From an uncultured Bacteroidales bacterium (GTDB taxonomy: Bacteria; Bacteroidota; Bacteroidia; Bacteroidales; UBA7960): a stretch of DNA of 64,000 bases. The stretch covers positions 89,471 through 153,470 of the forward strand of contig CAZUWF010000003.1 of the NCBI GenBank assembly GCA_964624065.1, given 5' to 3'. A program made the translations under genes and the position numbers. This document shows, piece after piece, positions 43,524 through 52,434 of the stretch. The first letter of the stretch is position 1, and each line of letters starts with the position of its first letter. The notes under the pieces are model-generated. The model was not told the DNA's origin and searched no databases. It worked only from the letters and a program-made list of their open reading frames with translations.

Positions 43524-44777
43524 ATGCAACTCAAGAGAGTAGTAGTTACAGGGTTAGGCGCACTTACACCAATTGGCAATACTGTTCCAGAGTTCTGGAA
43601 CAGTTTGCTTAATGGTGTCAGCGGTGCTGCGCCAATTACAAGGTTTGACTCGGAAAAACACAAGACCAAATTTGCCTGCGAAGTCAAAAATTTGGACAAG
43701 ACCCAATTCTTTGACAGAAAAGAGATAAAGAAGTACGACCCCTATTGCCAATATGCCCTCATTGCCGCCAAAGAAGCAATTGCGGATGCACAAATTGATC
43801 CGGAAAAGCTTGATGTTGACCGAATTGGAGTTGTTTGGGGATCGGGGATTGGCGGTATAGAAACATTTCAAGAAAATATTTTGGATTTTGGCAGGGGAGA
43901 CGGAACCCCCCGTTTCAGTCCGTTTTTCATTCCCAAAATGATTGCCGACATTGCTGCAGGCCATATTTCTATGAATTATGGTTTCAGGGGTCCCAACTTT
44001 ACCACTACCTCGGCTTGCGCCTCGGCTGCCAATGCCATAATTGACGGCTTCAACATTATTAGGCTGGGAAAGGCAAACATTATTGTGACCGGCGGTTCCG
44101 AGGCTGCAATTATTGAAGGCGGCATTGGCGGGTTCAATGCCATGCACGCCCTTTCGGTAAGGAACGACGATCCTGCAACAGCCTCACGCCCTTTCGACAA
44201 AGACCGCGATGGGTTTGTTATGGCCGAGGGTGCAGGATGCCTCATCCTCGAAGAGCTCGAGCACGCGCTAGCCCGCGGTGCAAAAATCTACGCCGAAGTT
44301 GTTGGCGGCGGAATGTCGGCCGATGCATACCACATTACAAGTCCACATCCCGATGGGCTTGGTGCCAAAAACGTTATGAAGTATGCCGTGGAGGATGCCG
44401 GAATGAAACTAGAGGATGTTGATCACATCAACACTCATGGCACTTCAACCCCAGTGGGCGACATTGCCGAACCAAAGGCAATAGTTTCGCTTTTTGGAGA
44501 GCACGCTTACAAAATTAGCATAAATGCAACGAAATCAATGACCGGTCACTTGTTGGGTGCGGCTGGGGCGGTTGAAGCAATTGCAACAATCCTTTCAGTG
44601 GTAAACGATATTGTTCCACCTACCATAAACCATCAAACTTTCGACCCCGAAATCGACAATAACCTCGATTTCACCTTTCACAAGGCCAAAAAACGTACTG
44701 TTAACTTTGCCTTGAGCAACACGTTTGGTTTTGGAGGCCACAATGCTTGCGTTGCAATAAAGAAATTTGCAAAGTAA
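43524..44777 (+). CDS. fabF: Beta-ketoacyl-ACP synthase II
   Basis: RVVVTGLG, active-site TTSACASAANAI, HGTSTPVGD, GHLLGAAG and the C-terminal NTFGFGGHN. Confidence 0.95.
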   Translation: MQLKRVVVTGLGALTPIGNTVPEFWNSLLNGVSGAAPITRFDSEKHKTKFACEVKNLDKTQFFDRKEIKKYDPYCQYALIAAKEAIADAQIDPEKLDVDRIGVVWGSGIGGIETFQENILDFGRGDGTPRFSPFFIPKMIADIAAGHISMNYGFRGPNFTTTSACASAANAIIDGFNIIRLGKANIIVTGGSEAAIIEGGIGGFNAMHALSVRNDDPATASRPFDKDRDGFVMAEGAGCLILEELEHALARGAKIYAEVVGGGMSADAYHITSPHPDGLGAKNVMKYAVEDAGMKLEDVDHINTHGTSTPVGDIAEPKAIVSLFGEHAYKISINATKSMTGHLLGAAGAVEAIATILSVVNDIVPPTINHQTFDPEIDNNLDFTFHKAKKRTVNFALSNTFGFGGHNACVAIKKFAK

Positions 44778-44789
44778 TAACAGAAGGTT

Positions 44790-45521
44790 TTGCGATTCTT
44801 TTCCAGTTACTTTAGACGGAGGGCCTCCGAAAAAAAAACCAAGGAGACCATTAGGAATCTATTTGGATATGTTCCCGGAAACGTGTCGTTATATCGACTT
44901 GCCCTGCGGCACCGTTCTCTTTCGGGGCAGGACCCAAACTGTATTGTTGACAGCAACGAAAGGCTCGAATATTTGGGCGATGCCGTCCTTGGTGCCATTG
45001 TGGCCGACTTCCTTTACCGAAAGTTTCCGTACAAGGGCGAGGGGTTCTTGACAGAGGTTCGTTCGAAGATTGTTTGCAGGTCTTATCTAAACAACCTTGC
45101 CCGAAAAATGGGACTGGACAAGCTGATACAGACCAACAATGACCAAAAACTTTCTACATCCTCTATCCTGGGAGATGCATTTGAAGCTCTAGTTGGTGCA
45201 ATGTTTTTCGATAAGGGATACGCTTTTACATACGAAGTGGTGGTAAAAAGAATAATACCCTGCCATATTGATATTGAGGAGATAATAGTCAGTGAAAGCA
45301 ATTTCAAGAGTCGACTTTTAGAGTGGGTTCAGAAAGAAAAGCTTTCTCACGATTTCGTTCTGGTCAACGAAGAGGAAAACGGAAAAACCAATCGATTGTT
45401 TTCGGTTGACTTGGTAATTGATGGAGCGGTTTTGGGCAAGGGTCGGGATTATTCGATAAAAAAAGCAGAACAAAAAGCAGCCCAACAGGCCTTGGAGAAA
45501 ATTGTTGAAAAGCAAGGGTGA
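44790..45521 (+). CDS. rnc: Ribonuclease III
   Basis: Signature ERLEYLGDAVLGAIVADFLY and GDAFEALVGAMF, with a C-terminal dsRBD (GKGRDYSIKKAEQKAAQQAL). There is no in-frame ATG before the conserved core, so a TTG start at 44790 is assumed. Confidence 0.9.
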   Translation: MRFFSSYFRRRASEKKTKETIRNLFGYVPGNVSLYRLALRHRSLSGQDPNCIVDSNERLEYLGDAVLGAIVADFLYRKFPYKGEGFLTEVRSKIVCRSYLNNLARKMGLDKLIQTNNDQKLSTSSILGDAFEALVGAMFFDKGYAFTYEVVVKRIIPCHIDIEEIIVSESNFKSRLLEWVQKEKLSHDFVLVNEEENGKTNRLFSVDLVIDGAVLGKGRDYSIKKAEQKAAQQALEKIVEKQG

Positions 45522-45688
45522 TTGTTTATTTGTGTTCCGCACGGCCTGGACAGCCATTTTGCTTAGCCCGCATTTGTATTTATCCTTCTTAGATTTTTCA
45601 TTCAACATTTGGCCTTGTTTATCATTTGACACCTTGATCAGCACTTTTGCAATAAAAGCGCACCGGCAAATTACCAAATTCTCAAACA

Positions 45689-46156
45689 ATGGCAGCAAAG
45701 CTCTCCCTGAAACTCGAATACCATTCGCCATTTGTAAGCATTGCCTTGCACAGTAGCCTTAAGGGGTACTCCATGGCATGGACCATAAATAAGCAGTTTG
45801 GTTTGGACCTGGAACGAACCAAGGATTTTCGGTTCTTAATAAACCAAAATGAGGTTGGTTTTGCAATTTACGGATATTATTGCCACAGGTTTAGGATGAA
45901 CTTTTTCTTGGTTGAGAATAAAAATCCTGAAGGGATTGTAATCAATAGGCACCCAGTACCAGATTTTCTGTTGTTGATCTGGAAAAAAAGCGAGTTTTTC
46001 GATGTTGGGATGTTTCAAAAGGAGTTGAAAAAGTGCCCAGGGTTGCAAGCCACATACATCATGGACGAGAAGTTGGAGCAGAAAAACCAAGCGTTTTTCC
46101 ACGATCTGGAACTCTTTTTGGAAGGAACCCCCCAAGAGGTCTTTACTTTAAAATAA
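45689..46156 (+). CDS. IPExxxVDY-family protein (Bacteroidota-specific, function unknown)
   Basis: 155 aa directly downstream of rnc. The pattern F..I.L.S....Y.MAW.IN...G..L.....F ... Y......F.L..NK ... P.PDFLLLI resembles the family as I recall it. Assigned from memory, not from a search. Confidence 0.55.
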   Translation: MAAKLSLKLEYHSPFVSIALHSSLKGYSMAWTINKQFGLDLERTKDFRFLINQNEVGFAIYGYYCHRFRMNFFLVENKNPEGIVINRHPVPDFLLLIWKKSEFFDVGMFQKELKKCPGLQATYIMDEKLEQKNQAFFHDLELFLEGTPQEVFTLK

Positions 46157-47347
46157 CCCGAAGTACCACAATCCTTCCACAGTTTTTGACTCGCCATTTT
46201 CTGCTAACACTAAATTCAACCCAATTTGAAGAAGTGCGGTGCATAGTCAACCGAAAATCGGTGTTGCCCATCTTCGAGGTCACCCGTTAAAATGTACCGC
46301 CCCACCCACTCCCTTGAATTGGCCAAAGCAAATTTGGGGTTGGAATTAGCTTGATCCTGACCGAAACCCAAGTTGAATTTTGAATTCGAGGGATTTAGAA
46401 ACCACTAAATGCCCATTTGTGGAAAATGATTAGGTGTTTCCGATGGCTGAAAAGCGGGGATCAAATGCCTCGCTGACAATCTACTCGGATGTGCATTGGG
46501 ATTTCCGGCAAGGCCTGCTTCCTCAATACCCAGAAAAGGTTGTTTGGATTGACTGAATTAAGCCGCAGGATTTGGAACACCACAAATAAAGGGGGATTCA
46601 TACCTGAACAAAAAGTGGGTTTCATCCAAGTTGTTCAAAACACAAGGCGTTCCGCCCCTTGAATAGATACAAACCACCCATTAATAGAAGCCTGGGCAAA
46701 ACAACGGCGAAGGGGCTTCGAATGCAAATCAAAGGTTGCCAAAAACGGTTTGGATTTGCCGGAAAATGTTATTAGTGGAATCCATTTTGCCCTGCATTGT
46801 GAGTAAAGGTGGCACCCCTCGCGCATAGCGCCCAAGGTTTCCGGCAGGGGTGTTGTTTGCTTCGGTGGCAGTAGCTGCAATGGTAGGAATGGCTTGCCCA
46901 AAATACAACGATTGCTTGCTCGCAAAAAGGTTGGAAGAAATGGGGCAATCCGATTTTGACCTTAGAGCTCCAAACCTTTTGTTAATAAAGGCGTGATTGT
47001 GATTGAAAGGCATTTTTCTGGCAACCGGATTCCTAATGCAAGGCCCTGCACCGCCTCAAAACTCCAAGGCCCGGGGTTGTTCTGACTTACCTGTTTTCTG
47101 GCAACCTGGTTGTCCTGGCACCGCATATTGTCTCACCCTAAGTGTAAGGTTCATAGTTTTGCGAAGGGGAACGGTCGTGTTTTCAACGAGGTTACTCCTG
47201 GTTATTTGCGGCGAAGTTTCAGGAAATCCAACCGCCGCGGTGCTTTGGAGGGATGGGTTCGAGAGAAATTGCCATTTTCAACGACCGCAACATTATCAGG
47301 CTTACAAATACTTCTTCGCCACACCCAAGCTCAACGACACAAATATT
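46157..47347. other. About 1.2 kb ORF-poor tract downstream of the ABC permease (possible pseudogene remnants)
   Basis: Only overlapping 85-140 aa ORFs in several frames, for example 46729..47013(-), 46635..46925(-) and 47003..47425(+). The two minus-strand ORFs overlap in different frames, as expected for a frameshifted remnant. No motif recognised. Confidence 0.35.
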
Positions 47348-48532
47348 TTACCTCAGCACGTGTGTCTCCTTGCCGAACCATTTCACGCAGAAAATTACCG
47401 AAACCAAAGCGTATGTAATCATTGAAAAGATTGTAAGCAGCATTAAAGGCAGTTGGGCCGTTCCTGCAATAATTTCTTTTGAGGCCAACGAGATGTTTAC
47501 TATTGGAATAAGAGCTGTGGCGGTAGTGAGTTCGATTCCTGGCATCAAACCGATGATTGCCGGGATTATTACCACAAAATTGAGCGGTGTAATTATGCTT
47601 TGCGCCTCCTTGAAAGACTTTGCGTAAATTGCTATTGGAATCAACAAACCTGCAAAAAAAATGGTAAGTGGGAGCAACATACTAACCATTAGTGCCACGA
47701 AGGTCATTGATAGCATTGCAGAAATGATGCTCGAGAAAATGTCTGGGATACCATAAAGGGTTTGGGTGGCCAGAAAAAGGCCAAAAATAGCAAGCAGCGC
47801 TGACGCCAAACCCGTTATTACCACAACCACCATCTTGCCCAGTAAGATTTCTAGCCTCGAAACAGGTGCTGTCAGTAGCGTTTCGAGGGTTTTTCGTTCC
47901 TTTTCGCCTGTAAATAGGTCAATTGCAGGATACATTGCCCCCAAGAAGCAGAACAGTATGAAAATGTAAGGCAAGAAGCCTCCCGCAAGCTTGCCGACAA
48001 TTTCTTGCTGGGTAGCCACGTTTACGTATGAAGGTTCAACCGGTATGCTAAACTGCTGGTCGAACCCGTGGTCTGCAAGCCTCTGCATCAGAGCCTTGTT
48101 TGCAAACCCGCTCATAATATGCTCAAACCTTTCCTTCACGGTAAGTTTCGTTGCACTATAAATAATCTTAACTTTCCCGCTCTGCAGGTCGGCAATGGAC
48201 TGGGCAAAGCCCTCGGGCACCACAACCCCCACCTGAAGGCTATCGCTCCTAACAAACGATTCAAGATTGGCTTCGTCGGAAATCTTAACGAGCTTCACTC
48301 CGGGGTGTTCAAAAAGATGTTCGGCAAGCAGGTTGCTGTTATCTTTATTCACCAAACCAACCACCAAAGGTTTTTCTTGCTCCTTTTTCATGGCTGAATT
48401 TTGGAGATTGCTCACGATGGTAAGTATCAACGGAAACACCAGGAGGGGTATCACCACCATCATAATTAGTGTACGCTTGTCGCGAAGCGTGTCGATCATT
48501 TCCTTTGCCGCAACGGTAATTATGTTTTTCAT
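47348..48532 (-). CDS. ABC-2 type transporter permease (NatB-like)
   Basis: 394 aa. N-terminal TM, a large extracytoplasmic loop, then five C-terminal TM helices. It lies immediately downstream of an ABC ATPase. Confidence 0.8.
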   Translation of the reverse strand: MKNIITVAAKEMIDTLRDKRTLIMMVVIPLLVFPLILTIVSNLQNSAMKKEQEKPLVVGLVNKDNSNLLAEHLFEHPGVKLVKISDEANLESFVRSDSLQVGVVVPEGFAQSIADLQSGKVKIIYSATKLTVKERFEHIMSGFANKALMQRLADHGFDQQFSIPVEPSYVNVATQQEIVGKLAGGFLPYIFILFCFLGAMYPAIDLFTGEKERKTLETLLTAPVSRLEILLGKMVVVVITGLASALLAIFGLFLATQTLYGIPDIFSSIISAMLSMTFVALMVSMLLPLTIFFAGLLIPIAIYAKSFKEAQSIITPLNFVVIIPAIIGLMPGIELTTATALIPIVNISLASKEIIAGTAQLPLMLLTIFSMITYALVSVIFCVKWFGKETHVLR

Positions 48533-48604
48533 CTTTCTTGATAGTTTTTTTGAAATAGTGCTTTTCCCAAAATCGAGAAAATTGCTTTTGTGAAACCAAA
48601 AGAT

Positions 48605-49372
48605 CTAACCTTCACTTTCGGTTACAAGCCTTATGAATTCCTTGGTTAGGTTGTCGGCCTTCATCGTTAGCCTGAAATTTTGCATGGTATCCTGATAAAT
48701 TATCCTTCCTTTGTGTATTATGGCCAGGTCATCGCAAAGCAAGTCAACCTCGCTCATGATGTGCGACGAGAATATAACAGTTTTCCCTTGTTCCTTGCAG
48801 TCGAGGATGAGTTTTATTATGTTCTCGGCGGTGATTACGTCTAGGCCGGAGGTAGGTTCGTCAAATACGATTACCTCTGGGTCGTGTATAATGGTTCGTG
48901 CAATGCTTACCTTTTGCTTCATTCCCGTTGACAGTTTGCCAATGCGCTTATTTGCAAACTCGCTGATTCCCAGGAGGTCGAAAAGGTATCTTTTTCGCTC
49001 AAAGAGCGCTTTTTTTTCCACACCATTAAGTTGACCGAAGTAAGTAACCACTTCATCGGGAGTGAGCCTCTCGTAAAGACCCGTTGAGCCAGTCAAGAAG
49101 CCTATTCGCCTTCTTGCCTCCATACTGTTGGTAACCACATCGTATCCACAAATACTGGCACTGCCACCGGTTGGAGCAAGAATGGTTGATATAATCCTGA
49201 GCGCGGTAGTCTTTCCGGCCCCGTTGGGTCCCAACAGGCTGAAAATTCTGCCCGATTGGCAAGAAAAGGTTACGCTGTCGAGAACCTTTACGGTACTCGA
49301 TACAACCCCCATTTCGGATTGCTGTTTCCGCGAAAGCGCGAAGACTTTATCGAGATTTCTTACTTCTATCAT
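48605..49372 (-). CDS. ABC transporter ATP-binding protein (NatA-like)
   Basis: Walker A GPNGAGKTT, signature LSTGMKQKV and Walker B VIVFDEPTSGLD. Confidence 0.93.
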   Translation of the reverse strand: MIEVRNLDKVFALSRKQQSEMGVVSSTVKVLDSVTFSCQSGRIFSLLGPNGAGKTTALRIISTILAPTGGSASICGYDVVTNSMEARRRIGFLTGSTGLYERLTPDEVVTYFGQLNGVEKKALFERKRYLFDLLGISEFANKRIGKLSTGMKQKVSIARTIIHDPEVIVFDEPTSGLDVITAENIIKLILDCKEQGKTVIFSSHIMSEVDLLCDDLAIIHKGRIIYQDTMQNFRLTMKADNLTKEFIRLVTESEG

Positions 49373-49530
49373 TGGTTAGAGGTTTTTGAACGGCAAAATT
49401 ATTGAATTTGACTATCAAAGCGACAACATTTTTTGTAATTTTGTGCCTCTGGAAAGATTTCATAATTTTGAAAGAAAATTACCGTTAGTTTGTTTTGTAC
49501 CTTACATTAACCCACTTAAATTATCCAAAC

Positions 49531-50403
49531 ATGAAAAAAGCCATTATTGCTTCCTTGTTGGCCGTGTTCTTGTTTTCGTGCAACACCAAGCTAAAAGAGG
49601 AAAAGGAGCAGCTTGAAAAGGCAAATATCGAGCTCAAGGATCAGCTTAGCACTCAAGAGAACACATTGAATGATTTTTTGGGATCCCTGAACGAGATAGA
49701 GACAAACCTCGGCACCATAAAGGAAAGGGAAAAAATGATTACGCGCTCCCAGCTTGAAGGTCGTCCTAACCGAATGGATTTGATAAAAGAGGACATCAAG
49801 GCCATTGACGAGTTGCTTGAAAAAAACCGAAAGTTAATAGCGCGCCTCAATCGCGACCTTCGTAACTCGAACTTAAAGATCACGGAGTTTGATGAAATGG
49901 TTAAGAGGCTAAACCTTCAGGTGGAAGAAAAGGAGCAGCAGATAGTAATTCTTAGGGCCCAGCTCGATAATATGACTACCCAGGTAAGATCTCTTACCGC
50001 CAAGGTTGAAGATTTGGAGGATTTCAAGGGGTTTCTAGAGGAAGAAACCCGCCAACGCGATTTGATCATAGAGCAAAAAACCTCTGAACTCAACACCGTT
50101 TTCTACACGACGGGAACTCTTAAAGATTTGCGGGACAGGGGTGTGGTTAGCAGGTCGGGAGGTTTTTTGGGAATTGGTAGGTCCACAAATCTCGAAGCCA
50201 ATTTTGATGATTCGAGTTTTACCCGAATTGACAAAACTACAACCCAGTCGATTCCACTTCTAGGCAAAAAGTTTGAATTGGTTACCAAACACCCTTCGGG
50301 CACTTCGCAGTTTGTGGAGGAAGATGGTGCCTGGTACTTGGTCATTAACGATCGAGCAAGGTTTTGGAGCACCTCCAAATACCTTGTTGTCCTTATAAAG
50401 TAA
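49531..50403 (+). CDS. Coiled-coil lipoprotein (hypothetical)
   Basis: The ATG at 49531 gives MKKAIIASLLAVFLFSC (lipobox). This is followed by about 170 aa of heptad-like E/K/L-rich sequence. Confidence 0.65.
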   Translation: MKKAIIASLLAVFLFSCNTKLKEEKEQLEKANIELKDQLSTQENTLNDFLGSLNEIETNLGTIKEREKMITRSQLEGRPNRMDLIKEDIKAIDELLEKNRKLIARLNRDLRNSNLKITEFDEMVKRLNLQVEEKEQQIVILRAQLDNMTTQVRSLTAKVEDLEDFKGFLEEETRQRDLIIEQKTSELNTVFYTTGTLKDLRDRGVVSRSGGFLGIGRSTNLEANFDDSSFTRIDKTTTQSIPLLGKKFELVTKHPSGTSQFVEEDGAWYLVINDRARFWSTSKYLVVLIK

Positions 50404-50548
50404 ATGCAGGGTTTTTGGGGTAAATATTTGAAGCCGTTTTGAGGGTTGATTTAGAAGTATTTGGTCGGTAGTCGCATTTAGCCCATCCTAAAGGTCCTCC
50501 GCCCCACGCTCCCTACATTTCGTCACTCCAGAACACTACTCCTAATCT

Positions 50549-50586
50549 AGCCAGGCTCATTTCATATTAACGGGCCTGGCTTTTTC
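50549..50586 (+). terminator. Weak terminator-like hairpin after the coiled-coil lipoprotein gene
   Basis: AGCCAGGC-(17-nt loop)-GCCTGGCT followed by TTTT. The large loop and short T tract lower confidence. Confidence 0.35.
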
Positions 50587-51374
50587 GTTGTCGTTGAAAA
50601 TGGAAACTACCTGCATTTTGACGTGTCGGCAGCTGGCGTATTCAATACTTATCTTGGTTGTTTGGCGCGAATGTCTAAAAGAATCCGGTTGCCATGTCGA
50701 AAATCGCCCAAAAGGCACCAGTCCTGGAGCCATGACCTATTTTGGTGGCCCTGCAACAGAGGCAAAGACCGGCGTTTGGGTGCCAACAGCGGAGACAACC
50801 CCTCTAGATGATTTATTCGTAACCCAATCAAAACTTACCTTACCAAGGTCGTTTTGTGGTTGGCCAGCGCCCTCGCCGTGGCTTGGGTGTTGCTGTGAAC
50901 CTTCTTGCCAGGCCTACAAGCCCTTCAAGAACATAACAGCTGCAATGACCGTAAGCCGCTCCGTAATGCTATAATTGCAGGTATGGAAATGTTCGAAAAA
51001 ACCCGGCAAGAGACCATTGGTATAAACAATTTGAATCTTTGTGTGCTGGTGGGCGAGGCGAATAGGATGGATTCAGCGCCGAAAATTATGGGCTGCCTTC
51101 TATTGTTGCCGGAAGATTACGTTTGGCTGCCATAACTATGGTTTAAAAACCATCAGTATGTTTATCTTGAAACAGTCTGTTTCTTACTAAGAATTCCCAT
51201 AGTCCAACACGGCGAGGCCCTTTACAGTTTCTTGGCGAAATATGCCACCAGGGACTTTTTGTACTAAAAAAGTCAGGTATCAAAAGTAAACTGCAAAAAG
51301 ATGCAAGTAGAAAGTGGTTTTTGGCAATTAACGAAAGGTGGATGATGGGTAATATACGTTTCCCCGCCCATAAA

Positions 51375-52376
51375 TTAATTTCTATTTTTAATCAATCCAT
51401 TCTCGACGAGCAACCTCGCTATTTGCACGGCATTGGTGGCGGCTCCCTTGCGAAGATTGTCGGAAACAATCCAAAGGTCGAGTCCGTTTTCCACAGAAGT
51501 ATCGCGTCTTATGCGGCCAACGAAAACATCGTTTTTGCCCATTGCGGTAAGGGGCATTGGATATAAGTTTTCCTTGGGGCTGTCTTGAATTACAACTCCC
51601 GGCATAGCTTCAAGTAATTTTATAACTTTTTCAAGCTCAAATTGGTTTTCGAACTCAATGTTAACTGACTCGGAGTGTCCTCCCATAACTGGAATGCGAA
51701 CAACTGTTGCTGTAATTTTCATTGATGGAGCACCAAAAATCTTCCGTGTTTCGTTCACGAGCTTCATCTCTTCTGTTGTGTAACCGTTTTCGCAGAAATC
51801 GCCGCCGTGTGGGAAGCAGTTCAGGTCAATTTGATGGGCATAGGCTCTTTCCCCGTCAACACCCATCCTTTCGTTTTCAAGTTGATTAACAGCCTTAACA
51901 CCCGTGCCGGTTACTGATTGATATGTTGAAATTACAAGTCTTTTAATTCCGTAAGCCCTATGCAGGGGAGCAATAGCCAGAACCATTTGTATGGTGCTGC
52001 AATTGGGGTTGGCAATTATCTTGGTTTTTTCGGTGATTGTGTGCGGGTTTACCTCAGGCACTACAAGCGGAACGTTTTCATACATTCGCCAGGCACTCGA
52101 ATTGTCAATAACGAATGAACCCTTTGCGGCAAATTTTTCGGCCCAAGTCAACGAAACAGATCCGCCCGCCGAAAATATGGCAATATCGGGTGAGGCATTT
52201 ACCGCATCGTCAAGGCCAACAACCTTGTAAGACCTTCCTTTAAAATGCACCTCTTTGCCAACTGACCTCGCTGAGGCCGCCGGAATGAACTCAGAACACG
52301 GAAAATCAAACTCCTCCAGCACCTTTGCCATAATGCCGCCAACGAGTCCCGTGGCTCCTACAACTGCAATTTTCAT
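51375..52376 (-). CDS. asd: Aspartate-semialdehyde dehydrogenase
   Basis: MKIAVVGATGLVGG, active-site IANPNCSTIQM and SVTGTG. The length fits the ~330 aa Asd type. Confidence 0.92.
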   Translation of the reverse strand: MKIAVVGATGLVGGIMAKVLEEFDFPCSEFIPAASARSVGKEVHFKGRSYKVVGLDDAVNASPDIAIFSAGGSVSLTWAEKFAAKGSFVIDNSSAWRMYENVPLVVPEVNPHTITEKTKIIANPNCSTIQMVLAIAPLHRAYGIKRLVISTYQSVTGTGVKAVNQLENERMGVDGERAYAHQIDLNCFPHGGDFCENGYTTEEMKLVNETRKIFGAPSMKITATVVRIPVMGGHSESVNIEFENQFELEKVIKLLEAMPGVVIQDSPKENLYPMPLTAMGKNDVFVGRIRRDTSVENGLDLWIVSDNLRKGAATNAVQIARLLVENGLIKNRN

Positions 52377-52434
52377 ATTTATTTTCGTTAAATCGTGCAA
52401 AATTACTACATTTATGGTTTGAAATTTTATATCA

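Noticed and set aside
45318-45731. 137-aa minus-strand ORF spanning the rnc 3' end and the start of the IPExxxVDY-family gene.
   Set aside because: It overlaps two plus-strand genes that have better support, and it has no motif.
47003-47627. Plus-strand ORFs 47003..47425, 47110..47418 and 47253..47627.
   Set aside because: They are mutually overlapping in three frames and run antisense into the ABC permease gene. Their composition is implausible (Cys/Arg/Pro-rich). I treat them as noise within the ORF-poor tract.
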